A DNA stretch of 64,000 nt from Patescibacteria group bacterium (GTDB lineage Bacteria; Patescibacteriota; Patescibacteriia; Patescibacteriales; JBAZCA01): the NCBI GenBank assembly GCA_041661505.1, contig JBAZUF010000001.1:113576-177575 (forward strand), written 5' to 3'. Shown piece after piece: positions 43,490 to 52,265 of the stretch (position 1 is its first letter; every line of letters begins with the position of its first letter). The translations under genes were made by a program, and so were the position numbers. A model generated the notes under the pieces. The model was not told the origin of the DNA, searched no databases, and worked only from the letters and a program-made list of their open reading frames with translations.

Positions 43490-44739
43490 AGTTTGTTTTC
43501 GATTTCCATCAGCCGGTTATATTTGGCAACCCTTTCGCCGCGCGAGAGCGATCCGGCTTTGATATAATCAGCGCCGGCCGCGGCCGCCAGATCCGATATA
43601 AAATCATCGGTCGTTTCGCCCGAACGGTGAGATATGATAATTTTTAAGGCGTGGCTTTGCGCCAATTTTATGCAATCAATAGTTTCGGTTAAGGTGCCGG
43701 CCTGGTTGGGCTTAATTATTATCGCGTTGGCCGCTTTTTCTTTTAAGCCCTGTCTTAGGCGGTGGATGCTGGTGGCGAATAAATCATCGCCAACCACCAT
43801 CATCTCGCGCCCCAGCTCCCGGTTCAATTCCTTCCAGCCGGAAAAGTCGTCTTCCGATAATCCGTCTTCCAAATAGACGAGCGGATATTTTCTAAACCAT
43901 TCATAATAAAGCCCGGTCAAAGTCGCGCCGGTAAAATTTGACTGGTCCAGCTTAAAAATATATTTTCCGGTTTTTTTGTTGTAGATGGCCGAAGAGCCGA
44001 CGTCAATCCCAAGGCCAAAATCCTTTCCCGGGTTATAGCCGGCCCTTACTCCGGCGGCTAAAATCAATTCAATGGCCTGGATAGAAGAGTGCATGTCCGG
44101 CGCGTATCCGCCCTCGGCTCCGACGTCGGTATCAAACCCGGCTTCGCGCAAAACTTTGCCCAGCATATGGAAAATTTCCGCTCCCATCCGAACCATTTCC
44201 CGGAAGCTTTTTTTTGTTTGCCCGGGAATAACTAAAAATTCCTGAAAATCCAGGTTAGTGTCGGCGTGCCGGCCGCCGTTAAAAATATTAAAGCAGGGGA
44301 TCGGCAATTTGGGCCGGCTAAAATTAAAATGCTTTTGGATATACTGGAATAATGGAAGTCCTTTTGATTTTGCACCGGCGCGGCAGACGGCAAGCGATAC
44401 CGAAAGGATGGCGTTCGCGCCCAGCCGGCATTTATTTTCGGTCCCGTCCAAATCAATCATCCGTTTGTCGATTATTTCCTGGACGCCGGCGTCCATGCCG
44501 ATAAGTTCCGGGCCGATAATATCATTCACATTCTCTATCGCTTTTAAAACTCCCATTCCGCCGTAGCGCTTCCGGTCATTATCCCGCAATTCAAAAGCTT
44601 CGTATTTGCCGACTGAAGCGCCGGACGGGACGCTTGACTTAGCCGTGACTCCATTATCTAAAACGACCTCGGTTTCCACGGTCGGATTTCCCCGCGAATC
44701 TAAAATTTCCCGGGCAACAATTTTTTTAATTCTACTCAT
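43486..44739 (-). CDS. eno: enolase
   Basis: SRGNPTVE, IKPNQAGTLTET, SHRSGETTDDFISDLA. Confidence 0.96.
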   Translation of the reverse strand: MSRIKKIVAREILDSRGNPTVETEVVLDNGVTAKSSVPSGASVGKYEAFELRDNDRKRYGGMGVLKAIENVNDIIGPELIGMDAGVQEIIDKRMIDLDGTENKCRLGANAILSVSLAVCRAGAKSKGLPLFQYIQKHFNFSRPKLPIPCFNIFNGGRHADTNLDFQEFLVIPGQTKKSFREMVRMGAEIFHMLGKVLREAGFDTDVGAEGGYAPDMHSSIQAIELILAAGVRAGYNPGKDFGLGIDVGSSAIYNKKTGKYIFKLDQSNFTGATLTGLYYEWFRKYPLVYLEDGLSEDDFSGWKELNRELGREMMVVGDDLFATSIHRLRQGLKEKAANAIIIKPNQAGTLTETIDCIKLAQSHALKIIISHRSGETTDDFISDLAAAAGADYIKAGSLSRGERVAKYNRLMEIENKL

Positions 44740-44748
44740 ACTGATTTT

Positions 44749-45300
44749 TTATTGATAGCTTACGCAATAATTCATGCGCCGGTTAACGGGAAACGGATTA
44801 GGATTATCGGACTTAAAGTTGTTATAGTCTGAATAGTAGCAGGTGTTTTGAGTGGCAGTATCAATAGCCGAAGGGTTTTCAAGGGAAGTCCATAAGGTAA
44901 AACCTGTAACAGTGGCTCTAATCATATAAGCACTGCCGATACTGTTATAGCCAGAAACATTCCCCGACGGATCAATAATAACACTCCCGACATAACCTAA
45001 ATCCTTTAGTTCCTTGGCAACTGAATCATAGGGGCCGCTTACTCCGTCATAGTCATAACTAAACCAGCCTTGTCCGTTTCCGTTGCTACCGCTATTATCG
45101 ACCGTGTAATGGCCATTATTTTCATAATACATATGAAGCGCTTTGGCAATAAGCGTCAGATCGCTTTTTCTTCTCGCGTCCCGAGCCCTTTCCCTGGCGC
45201 TTTTTAAGGCAACTACGGCCAGAGTGGAAAGAAATCCGATTATGGATATAACAACCAATAATTCAATTAGGGTAAAGCCCGAGCTTTTTTTGCTTCGCAT
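44749..45300 (-). CDS. type IV pilin / pseudopilin (prepilin-type N-terminal cleavage/methylation domain)
   Basis: MRSKKSSG|FTLIELLVVISIIGFLSTLAVVAL class-III signal, followed by a ~140-aa globular domain. Confidence 0.85.
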   Translation of the reverse strand: MRSKKSSGFTLIELLVVISIIGFLSTLAVVALKSARERARDARRKSDLTLIAKALHMYYENNGHYTVDNSGSNGNGQGWFSYDYDGVSGPYDSVAKELKDLGYVGSVIIDPSGNVSGYNSIGSAYMIRATVTGFTLWTSLENPSAIDTATQNTCYYSDYNNFKSDNPNPFPVNRRMNYCVSYQ

Positions 45301-45345
45301 ATTGGTTAAATGGTTATTTTGATTAATTTTAGGTATTTAAATAAA

Positions 45346-46605
45346 TTATTTCCCGGTTAATCCCTCCAGGCCCGGCATTCTTTCCCCGCCCAGATAAGAA
45401 AGCATTGCCCCGCCGCCGGATGAGGCCCAGTCGATGTATTCTTTCATTTTGCTTCTTTCCAAGACCTCCATGGTTTCCCCGCCGCCTACGGCCGCGAAAG
45501 CTTTTCCCGATGCCCGGCTGGCAACCAGCCTGGCGATTGATAAGCTCCCTTGGGAAAAATGGGGGTTTTCAAAAAGCCCCATCGGCCCGTTCCACATTAG
45601 GGTTTTAGCCCCTTTGATAATTTTCGCGTAAGCCCTTATCGTTTCCGGGCCGATATCGAATATGTATTCATTTTTTTTCACTTTATCGATCTGGCAATGC
45701 CTAATTTCCCCTTTTTCCTTTCCGGCCGAAACAATGACGTCGGCCGGCAAAATTATCTTTTTCCCGGCCGGCTGGCGGATTAGTTTCCTGGCCAGCTCGA
45801 CGTCTTCGGCGCTAACCAGGGACTTTCCCACTTCCAGCCCTTGGGCGGCAAAAAAATTATTGGCCATGGCCCCGCCGATTAAAATTGATTCGTATTTAGG
45901 CAATAGGCTGTTTATCAAAGCGATTTTGGTAGAAATTTTCGCGCCGCCGATTATGGCCGTTGCCGGTTTTTCCGGCCGGACGATTTTTTCTAAATTTTCG
46001 ATTTCTTTTTCAACCAAAAGCCCGGCGTAAGCGGGAAGGAATTTTTTTATGGCGCTTACCGAAGCATGGTTCCGGTGATCTACGGCAAAAGAATCATTAA
46101 CATAAATACCGCGCGCCTCTGGTTCGCCGTCTGCGGAAGCTTGACCCGCCGGCCGGCTAGAAACTTTTTTTGTTTTGGGGCCGGCCGATTTTAGAACCAG
46201 CCGCGCGAGAGCCAGAGCGAATTCCGGATCATTCCCTTTCTCGCCTTTATGCATCCTTAAATTTTCAAGGAGGATTATTTCGCCGGGTTTAAGTTTTTCC
46301 GCTTCTTTTTCCGCTTTTTCGCCAATGCAATCCGGTACGAATTTTACTTTCCCGCCGAGCAGTTCACCGAGCCTTTTCGCGACTCCTTTAAGGCTCGCGT
46401 TTTTTTCGCCGCCGATTGGTTCCAGATGGCTTGCGGCTATTATCCGGCAGTTATGTTTGAGAAGATATTCTATGGTTGGCAGGCTGGCCGCAATCTTAAA
46501 ATCATCAAGCACTTTGCCTTTTTTCACCGGCACATTCAGGTCAGACCGGAGAAAAACCAGCCGGCCGCTTAAATTTTTAACATCTTGAATTGACTTGATT
46601 GTCAT
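45346..46605 (-). CDS. pgk: phosphoglycerate kinase (with a ~30-aa insertion in the N-domain)
   Basis: RSDLNVP, YVNDSFAVDHRNHAS, IIGGAKISTKI, WNGPMGLFE. Confidence 0.93.
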   Translation of the reverse strand: MTIKSIQDVKNLSGRLVFLRSDLNVPVKKGKVLDDFKIAASLPTIEYLLKHNCRIIAASHLEPIGGEKNASLKGVAKRLGELLGGKVKFVPDCIGEKAEKEAEKLKPGEIILLENLRMHKGEKGNDPEFALALARLVLKSAGPKTKKVSSRPAGQASADGEPEARGIYVNDSFAVDHRNHASVSAIKKFLPAYAGLLVEKEIENLEKIVRPEKPATAIIGGAKISTKIALINSLLPKYESILIGGAMANNFFAAQGLEVGKSLVSAEDVELARKLIRQPAGKKIILPADVIVSAGKEKGEIRHCQIDKVKKNEYIFDIGPETIRAYAKIIKGAKTLMWNGPMGLFENPHFSQGSLSIARLVASRASGKAFAAVGGGETMEVLERSKMKEYIDWASSGGGAMLSYLGGERMPGLEGLTGK

Positions 46606-46708
46606 AGTTCCCTGAAAAAAACCCGCCTGCCTGACTCTGCCGCGGCGCGCAGGCCAATGCGCTAAAAATCCGCGGGTTCAGGCCCGCCATACCGCTAGAT
46701 TATTTATT
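46606..46708 (-). promoter_or_regulatory. ~100-nt leader of the pgk operon with two terminator-like hairpins (candidate attenuator or riboswitch)
   Basis: Minus sense: GCGGG-ccugaa-CCCGC GGA UUUUU (plus 46664-46687), then GCCUGC-18 nt-GCAGGC GGG U8 (plus 46614-46654). CCGCGG occurs in both. Confidence 0.4.
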
Positions 46709-46714
46709 AACCCC

Positions 46715-46723
46715 ATTATAGCA
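46715..46723 (-). promoter_or_regulatory. extended -10 element (TGcTATAAT) for the pgk operon
   Basis: Plus ATTATAGCA 46715-46723 is TGCTATAAT on the minus strand, just downstream of the preceding terminator. Confidence 0.5.
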
Positions 46724-46734
46724 CAGATTAAGGC

Positions 46735-46770
46735 AAAAAAAAATCGGCCCCGGGCCGGAAAGCCGATTTT
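46735..46770 (-). terminator. rho-independent terminator after the HtrA-like gene
   Basis: Minus sense: ATCGGC...GCCGAT stem followed by T9. Confidence 0.75.
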
Positions 46771-46789
46771 AAAGCGCGCCAGCCGGATA

Positions 46790-47908
46790 TTACTTAAATT
46801 CTCCCAGCTTTACTTCCACCTCCCGGGTTTTTCCTTTATCTAAAACCTTAACTTTTATTTTATCGCCAATCTTATAACTCCCTAAAATCGCTTCCAGGTC
46901 GTTATTTTTATCGATTTCCAGTCCGTTTACGGAAAGTATGAGGCTGCCCTCGGCCAATCCCGCGGCGCCGGCCGGGCTGTCTTTTTTAACCGCCGTGCCG
47001 TCCGAACTTTTTACTATAAGGGCGCCTTTTTCTTCCGGATAGCCGACCAGGTCTTTTAAATTGATATAATTAACTCCCAGGCCGAGGCGCTTAACCGCGT
47101 GCACGGATAAAAGGCTTTGGATCGCCGGAAGAAAATTATTTATATGCTCAATCCGGCCGTCGCGGTTAATATATCCGGCCAAATCCCCGCCCATGGAAAA
47201 AATAAACGTCCCTTTAAATTCATCCCTGGGGGTTATGTTTAGGACAATTTCCCTGGGATTATAATCGCTTGATTTTATCTGCCCTCCCGGATTTTTGACC
47301 TCGGCAACGTTTCCCGAAGAAAGTATGCCGTCCCAGCTTACCGCTAAAACCGTCAGGCCGGGATAAATGGCGGAAACCGAAGAAAAGCTCGGCGCTGAAA
47401 GCCCGTTGGCCTGGATCTTTAAAAACGCGTAGCCGCTTAATTTGTCGAAAACCGCCTGGCTGATATCATAAACTTTTTTATCGCGGGTAACGACCTGGTA
47501 ATTTTCGATAACATTTTTTTCAGCCGTTTCGAAATTTTTGGCCAATATCCACCCGTCGCTCGTTATGACGATGCCCTGGGCCTGTTCCTGGCTTATAATA
47601 TAATATTTATTCAATTCCCCTCCGTTTTTCGTTTTGGCGCTTTTTTTAAATATGCCTGCCAGGCTGTCAGAAACCGATCCGGCGGTTTCGTTTATCTTTA
47701 CGCTTTCCTGGACAATTACGTTTTTCGGCTCGCGGATTATCACATTCCCGTTATTTAATGAAGAAGAAACGTCAACCGGCCCGTAAAAATAATCCGAGCC
47801 AAAATAATTTTTGGCCGCGGCCAAAGAGACTATTCCGCCCAGCACGCTAAAGGCCAGGGCCAGCGCGCCGATTTGAAAAAATCTATTTTTTATGATTTTT
47901 TTATACAT
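46790..47908 (-). CDS. HtrA/DegP-like trypsin-fold protein with C-terminal PDZ domain; catalytic triad not conserved
   Basis: N-terminal TM. The trypsin-fold region aligns to DegP but reads AKNFE where TNNHV is expected, SGYAFL for SDIALI, and FSMGGDLAG for GNSGGAL. PDZ: LAEGSLILSVNGLEIDKNNDLEAILGSYKIGDKIKVKV. Confidence 0.7.
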   Translation of the reverse strand: MYKKIIKNRFFQIGALALAFSVLGGIVSLAAAKNYFGSDYFYGPVDVSSSLNNGNVIIREPKNVIVQESVKINETAGSVSDSLAGIFKKSAKTKNGGELNKYYIISQEQAQGIVITSDGWILAKNFETAEKNVIENYQVVTRDKKVYDISQAVFDKLSGYAFLKIQANGLSAPSFSSVSAIYPGLTVLAVSWDGILSSGNVAEVKNPGGQIKSSDYNPREIVLNITPRDEFKGTFIFSMGGDLAGYINRDGRIEHINNFLPAIQSLLSVHAVKRLGLGVNYINLKDLVGYPEEKGALIVKSSDGTAVKKDSPAGAAGLAEGSLILSVNGLEIDKNNDLEAILGSYKIGDKIKVKVLDKGKTREVEVKLGEFK

Positions 47909-47949
47909 ATTAAAGCCTGTATTTAATTAAGAACCGGCGCGAGGCCCCG

Positions 47950-48714
47950 CTATATCCAGCGGGCCGAAAGAAGGATGGCAACCAGGCAGACGGCCGCCAC
48001 CCCAAGGTAGGTTTTAATAATTTTTCCTTCTAAAGTACCTTGCAGATGATGCTTGGAAATGCCGATTAATACATAATATCCGGCCGAAAGCATCATCCCT
48101 AAAATACTGTAGCTTAAAGGCAGAAATGAAAGCGTCCAGGCGATTTCGACAAGGATTAAAGTCAAGACGAAAATATAAACGCTTGAATCGGAAATCGCCG
48201 CTTTGTTGGCCCAGTTGACTTGATATATAACAAGCAAAAAGAAAATTGTCAAAATAATCATAACCAGCCAAACCGGCCAGCCGATAAAAGACTGGATCCC
48301 GTAGAGGGCTGAAGATAGGAAAAAGACGGCCAAAAAATTCCCATAAGAAGAAATGCTTTCGATCTGGAAGCTTTTATAGCGGGCGGGAAAAAAATGATAA
48401 AAGAATATAGCGTTAATGTAGAAGTAAATTATTACTATCGCGAGAAAAATAAGCCCCTGAATCAGCGCGGGATTAGCCAGTACCAGGGCGTACGCGATAA
48501 CGCTGTTTATGAGGCAAAACGGCAAAATGGCGAAATTCTGCCACCCTCCGGCGGCCGAGCCGCTTTTTTTCGCGATCCGGTAAACCGAGTAAAAAACAAC
48601 TAAATTGATTGCCGCCCAAAACACCCAATAATTTTTCGGATAAAAAATCAAGAGCTCGGTAAAAGCGTAAATTAAAATTGGCGCGAAATATGTTATGTAT
48701 TGGGGCGCTTTCAT
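47950..48714 (-). CDS. polytopic membrane protein, hypothetical
   Basis: About 8 hydrophobic helices. ATG 48714 (MKAPQYITYF) avoids a 95-nt overlap with the upstream gene that the listed 48855 start would create. Confidence 0.55.
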   Translation of the reverse strand: MKAPQYITYFAPILIYAFTELLIFYPKNYWVFWAAINLVVFYSVYRIAKKSGSAAGGWQNFAILPFCLINSVIAYALVLANPALIQGLIFLAIVIIYFYINAIFFYHFFPARYKSFQIESISSYGNFLAVFFLSSALYGIQSFIGWPVWLVMIILTIFFLLVIYQVNWANKAAISDSSVYIFVLTLILVEIAWTLSFLPLSYSILGMMLSAGYYVLIGISKHHLQGTLEGKIIKTYLGVAAVCLVAILLSARWI

Positions 48715-48760
48715 TTTTTTTATCGTCTGATTAAGCCGGCGGATTAAGCGTGCCGTCCGC

Positions 48761-49177
48761 CTACTCAAGCCAGCTATAAGAGGCTTTGGCTTGTTCGATT
48801 TTATTCTGCCCTTCCTCGCTTGCCGCGGAGCCGCCGGAACCCAGAGAATCTTCAATCTTAGTCAAAGCCAGAACTAATTGGACGTGCAGTTCTTTAAACT
48901 CGGCGGGAACCTTCAGGGCCAAGAGCTCCTTTTTCACTTTTTCAATTTCATCGAAAGTAAAATCCCCTCTCACTTTTAAGCCGGCATATTCGGCGATTGC
49001 CGCCTGGGCGCCTCTTTTGTAGTCTCGAACCAGCTTTTCATGATCAACCGGAGCCAGGGCCTGATTAAAAGAGCCGGAGTTCGGATTTTGGCCCCTTGAA
49101 GTGATAATAACCGCCGAAACCGCGGCCAGCAAGCCCACGAGGACTACGTACATTACGAATTTTGATCTCCTTGTCAT
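48761..49177 (-). CDS. membrane-anchored hypothetical protein
   Basis: 138 aa with an N-terminal anchor FVMYVVLVGLLAAVSAVII, followed by a helical domain. Confidence 0.5.
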   Translation of the reverse strand: MTRRSKFVMYVVLVGLLAAVSAVIITSRGQNPNSGSFNQALAPVDHEKLVRDYKRGAQAAIAEYAGLKVRGDFTFDEIEKVKKELLALKVPAEFKELHVQLVLALTKIEDSLGSGGSAASEEGQNKIEQAKASYSWLE

Positions 49178-49272
49178 AATATGGATTTAAGATGTTAGCG
49201 TTTTTTTGATAAATCAGTCTGCGTCCGGAGGCTGAAAGTTTCGGGCGGCTAGATTATAAATACAAAGTCGGC

Positions 49273-49632
49273 TTAGCCCAAGTTAAAATTTTTAGCATCC
49301 ACTTCGACCCAATCGTCCTGCCCCTCGTCCCATTTGGAAATCATCAATTTATGCGACTTTTCATCTTCGCTATAGATGTATTTAACCTCGCTTTGGGATC
49401 CGATTCGGTTAGAAAAACTTACTTTCTTGTCCAATACCACCGGCTTGGAAATAAATTCAAGCCTCATTTTTCCCAGCGGGCCGTTAAAAACAATAAACTC
49501 AACGTCAATGCCGCCTTCCTCATCGACCCGGTAAGCGCCTTCCTCCTCAACTTTAAAATTGTCCTTGATATTTCCTAAAATATCCTTCCATCTGTCCGGC
49601 AGCATAAGTTTAAATAAATTTAATTCAATCAA
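49273..49632 (-). CDS. hypothetical protein (119 aa, acidic)
   Basis: ORF immediately downstream of pilT. No family recognised. Confidence 0.45.
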   Translation of the reverse strand: MIELNLFKLMLPDRWKDILGNIKDNFKVEEEGAYRVDEEGGIDVEFIVFNGPLGKMRLEFISKPVVLDKKVSFSNRIGSQSEVKYIYSEDEKSHKLMISKWDEGQDDWVEVDAKNFNLG

Positions 49633-49672
49633 CAGCCTGTCCGTTTTAAAGGCGCGGCAGTAAACTCAAAAA

Positions 49673-50716
49673 TTAGTAGTACACGGCTTGGGTCTCAAGG
49701 TTCCTTTTCCGGTTTTTGGCGACTTCATCGGTAATCAGCCCCCGGTCAAGGAGCCGGTCAATGGCTTTGTTCATAGTTACCATTCCTTCCTTGTGGCTGG
49801 TCTGGATAACATTGGAAATCTGCCCGATTTGGTTTCTGCGGATGAGGCTCGCCACCGCCTGGTTATTTAATAATATTTCCCGGCAGACTGTTCGTCCGCC
49901 GCCGACTTTAGGGAGAAGCTGCTGGGCGATAATCGCCCGAAGCACGGTTGAAAACATGTTAAGGACTTCTTGCTGCTGGTGGGAGGGGAAAACGTCGATA
50001 ATTCTTGAGATTGTTTCCGCCGCCGTCGAGGTGTGCAGGGTCGACAAAACTAGATGTCCGGTTTCCGCCGCCGTAAGGCAGGCGGTAATCGTTTCCAAGT
50101 CGCGCAACTCGCCTACCATGATAACGTTCGGATCTTCCCGCAAGGCGTATTTCAAGGCCGAGGCGAAGCTTTTCGTATCGGCTCCGACCTCGCGCTGTTC
50201 GATGATACTTTGCTTTTCCTCAAACAAATATTCGATCGGGTCTTCAATAGTAATGATGTGCGATCTTCTTTCCTGGTTAATTACGTCGATCATAGTGGCG
50301 AGCGTCGTCGATTTTCCATTGCCTGAAGGGCCGGTAACGAGAATCAAGCCGTCCTGCAAGTGGGTCAATTTATAAAGCACTTCGCTAAAATCGATTTCTT
50401 CGGGTTTGGGAACGTATTTTGGAACCAGCCTTCCTGATAAGGCGATCTTGCCTTCCTGGTAATGCAAATTAACCCTGAAGCGCGCCCCGAGAATTTCCTT
50501 GGATAAATCAAGCTCCTTTTTCTTTTCAAATTTCTCAATCGTTTCCGGCTCAAGCAAAGAAAAAATCGCCTTTTTCAGGACTTCACCGTCTAAAGGCTTG
50601 TGGTTTAATTTCAATAACTCGCCGTTTAAGCGCAGGGCCGGAATGCTCCCGGAAACCAAGTGAATGTCCGAGGCTTTTTTTTCGATCGCCTCCTTAAAAT
50701 ATTGCGAAATATCCAT
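49673..50716 (-). CDS. pilT: type IV pilus retraction ATPase PilT
   Basis: Walker A GPSGNGKSTT, Asp box ITIEDPIEY, Walker B PNVIMVGELRD, His box LVLSTLHT. Confidence 0.92.
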   Translation of the reverse strand: MDISQYFKEAIEKKASDIHLVSGSIPALRLNGELLKLNHKPLDGEVLKKAIFSLLEPETIEKFEKKKELDLSKEILGARFRVNLHYQEGKIALSGRLVPKYVPKPEEIDFSEVLYKLTHLQDGLILVTGPSGNGKSTTLATMIDVINQERRSHIITIEDPIEYLFEEKQSIIEQREVGADTKSFASALKYALREDPNVIMVGELRDLETITACLTAAETGHLVLSTLHTSTAAETISRIIDVFPSHQQQEVLNMFSTVLRAIIAQQLLPKVGGGRTVCREILLNNQAVASLIRRNQIGQISNVIQTSHKEGMVTMNKAIDRLLDRGLITDEVAKNRKRNLETQAVYY

Positions 50717-50775
50717 AATTTGGTACTAGATATAAGCTCTTAGAGTATACCCCAAAACCCTTGATTTTTACAATA

Positions 50776-51402
50776 TCAAATCTTTTTTGCGATGGCTTCT
50801 ATATAATTAGATTTGTAGTGCTTATAGACCGAAGAGCTTTTTCTTATTCTGATAATTTTGAATCTCGACAGCGTCGATTCCATATAATCCTTATCAAAAA
50901 AATGCCGCAGGTGCTTTTTCCTGTAATATAAATTAGCGCCGATCTTTTTTCCTTTACCGCAGAGCTCGTCGCCGGTCGATTTGCATTTGATAAAAATCAA
51001 CCCGTTCTTTTTTAATATGGCGTAAAGCCGGCCGAATATTTTTGCCGTGGTTTTGCCGTCAAAGTAATGCAGGCTCAAGTGGGCGTAAATTATATCAAAG
51101 GAGTTATTTTTGAAATTAAGATTATCAAGACTCATGCAAACCGGTTTGAGATTCTTTATATTCTTGGGAATTTTTGAAAGGCAGGCGTCGGAAAAATCCA
51201 AAGCCGTAACCCGAAAACCTTTTTTGGCAAAATAAACCGAATCCTGCCCCAGCCCGCAGCCCAAATCAAGAAGCGTTTTATGCCGGCTGTTTTTCTTTGA
51301 GTATAAAAAACACCGCTTGGCAAAACCGTTGGCCGCCCTGAGCGCAGCCGCCTCCCACTTCCCTTTCCACAATTTTTTTTGGTCAAATATCTTATGGGAC
51401 AT
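50776..51402 (-). CDS. class I SAM-dependent methyltransferase
   Basis: Motif I LLDLGCGLGQDSVYFA, motif II VTALDFS, post-I and III spacing typical of Methyltransf_11/12. Confidence 0.8.
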   Translation of the reverse strand: MSHKIFDQKKLWKGKWEAAALRAANGFAKRCFLYSKKNSRHKTLLDLGCGLGQDSVYFAKKGFRVTALDFSDACLSKIPKNIKNLKPVCMSLDNLNFKNNSFDIIYAHLSLHYFDGKTTAKIFGRLYAILKKNGLIFIKCKSTGDELCGKGKKIGANLYYRKKHLRHFFDKDYMESTLSRFKIIRIRKSSSVYKHYKSNYIEAIAKKI

Positions 51403-51666
51403 TTATTTAGGCTGTTTGTTATAAATCAATTTTTGGATAAATAAAGTCAGCCACAGTGCTCCGGTAATAAAACTGATTACTCCCGAAAAAACCAGACCCA
51501 AAGTAAAATACGTGTAGGTTATGGCGAACAAGCCGATAAAGGTCGGAACGGAAGTGGCGTAGGCGATGTGCCCCTTCTTTTCTTTGAAGCCCTGATAAAT
51601 CTGCGGGATAAGCGACACTGAAAAAATTATACAGGCGATTGCTATTACGATGTCTTGCCAAAGCAT
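51403..51666 (-). CDS. SemiSWEET-like PQ-loop membrane protein (3 TM, 87 aa)
   Basis: TM1 ends in LIPQIYQGFKEKKG (PQ motif followed by basic residues). Three helices and ~88 aa, as in bacterial SemiSWEETs. ATG 51666 is preferred over 51708. Confidence 0.5.
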   Translation of the reverse strand: MLWQDIVIAIACIIFSVSLIPQIYQGFKEKKGHIAYATSVPTFIGLFAITYTYFTLGLVFSGVISFITGALWLTLFIQKLIYNKQPK

Positions 51667-51725
51667 GTTGTTAATATAAAAAATTAAATTTTCCGGCCAA
51701 TACCTCACAGCCAGTTATTATTATT

Positions 51726-52265
51726 TTAGATAAGTTCCAATAATAAAGGAAACTCTTTATACGGCTGATTATAGGTAGTCGAACCCATGTGCCCGTCATG
51801 CCGGATAATAAGCCGCCCGCCAAGATGTTCCTGCATAATCTTCCCCTGCTTATCATCGCATCCCCAAGGATCGTTGTCGGAATTAATAAATATAAATTCT
51901 CCGGCTTTTTCTTTTATCTTCTCCCAATTAAATTCTTCGGAATCTTTAGAGGCATTCACATCCTTTCGCAAAGCCTTGGCATAGCCGGACACCAAAATGG
52001 CTTTTTTTATCTTAACATTAATGTATTCCAAAACACTCAAGATGATTTGCGCTCCGGCCGAATGGCCGATCAAAATAGTTCCGCCGTTTATTTCTCCGTT
52101 CTCCAGGATATATGGCAGCCATTCTTTTAAATTCGGATATTCGGCATTTGGTAAAGCCGGAAGCCAGACTTCAAATCCCCGGGCTTCCAATTCTTTTTCG
52201 AGCCAAGGAAACCAATATTTGTCCGGTGAATCTCCGGTGCCATGTAATATTATCGCATTTTTCAT
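51726..52265 (-). CDS. YdeN/RBBP9-type alpha/beta serine hydrolase
   Basis: ILHGTGDSPDKYWFPWL, nucleophile elbow LIGHSAGA, NSDNDPW and a C-terminal His region. Confidence 0.75.
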   Translation of the reverse strand: MKNAIILHGTGDSPDKYWFPWLEKELEARGFEVWLPALPNAEYPNLKEWLPYILENGEINGGTILIGHSAGAQIILSVLEYINVKIKKAILVSGYAKALRKDVNASKDSEEFNWEKIKEKAGEFIFINSDNDPWGCDDKQGKIMQEHLGGRLIIRHDGHMGSTTYNQPYKEFPLLLELI

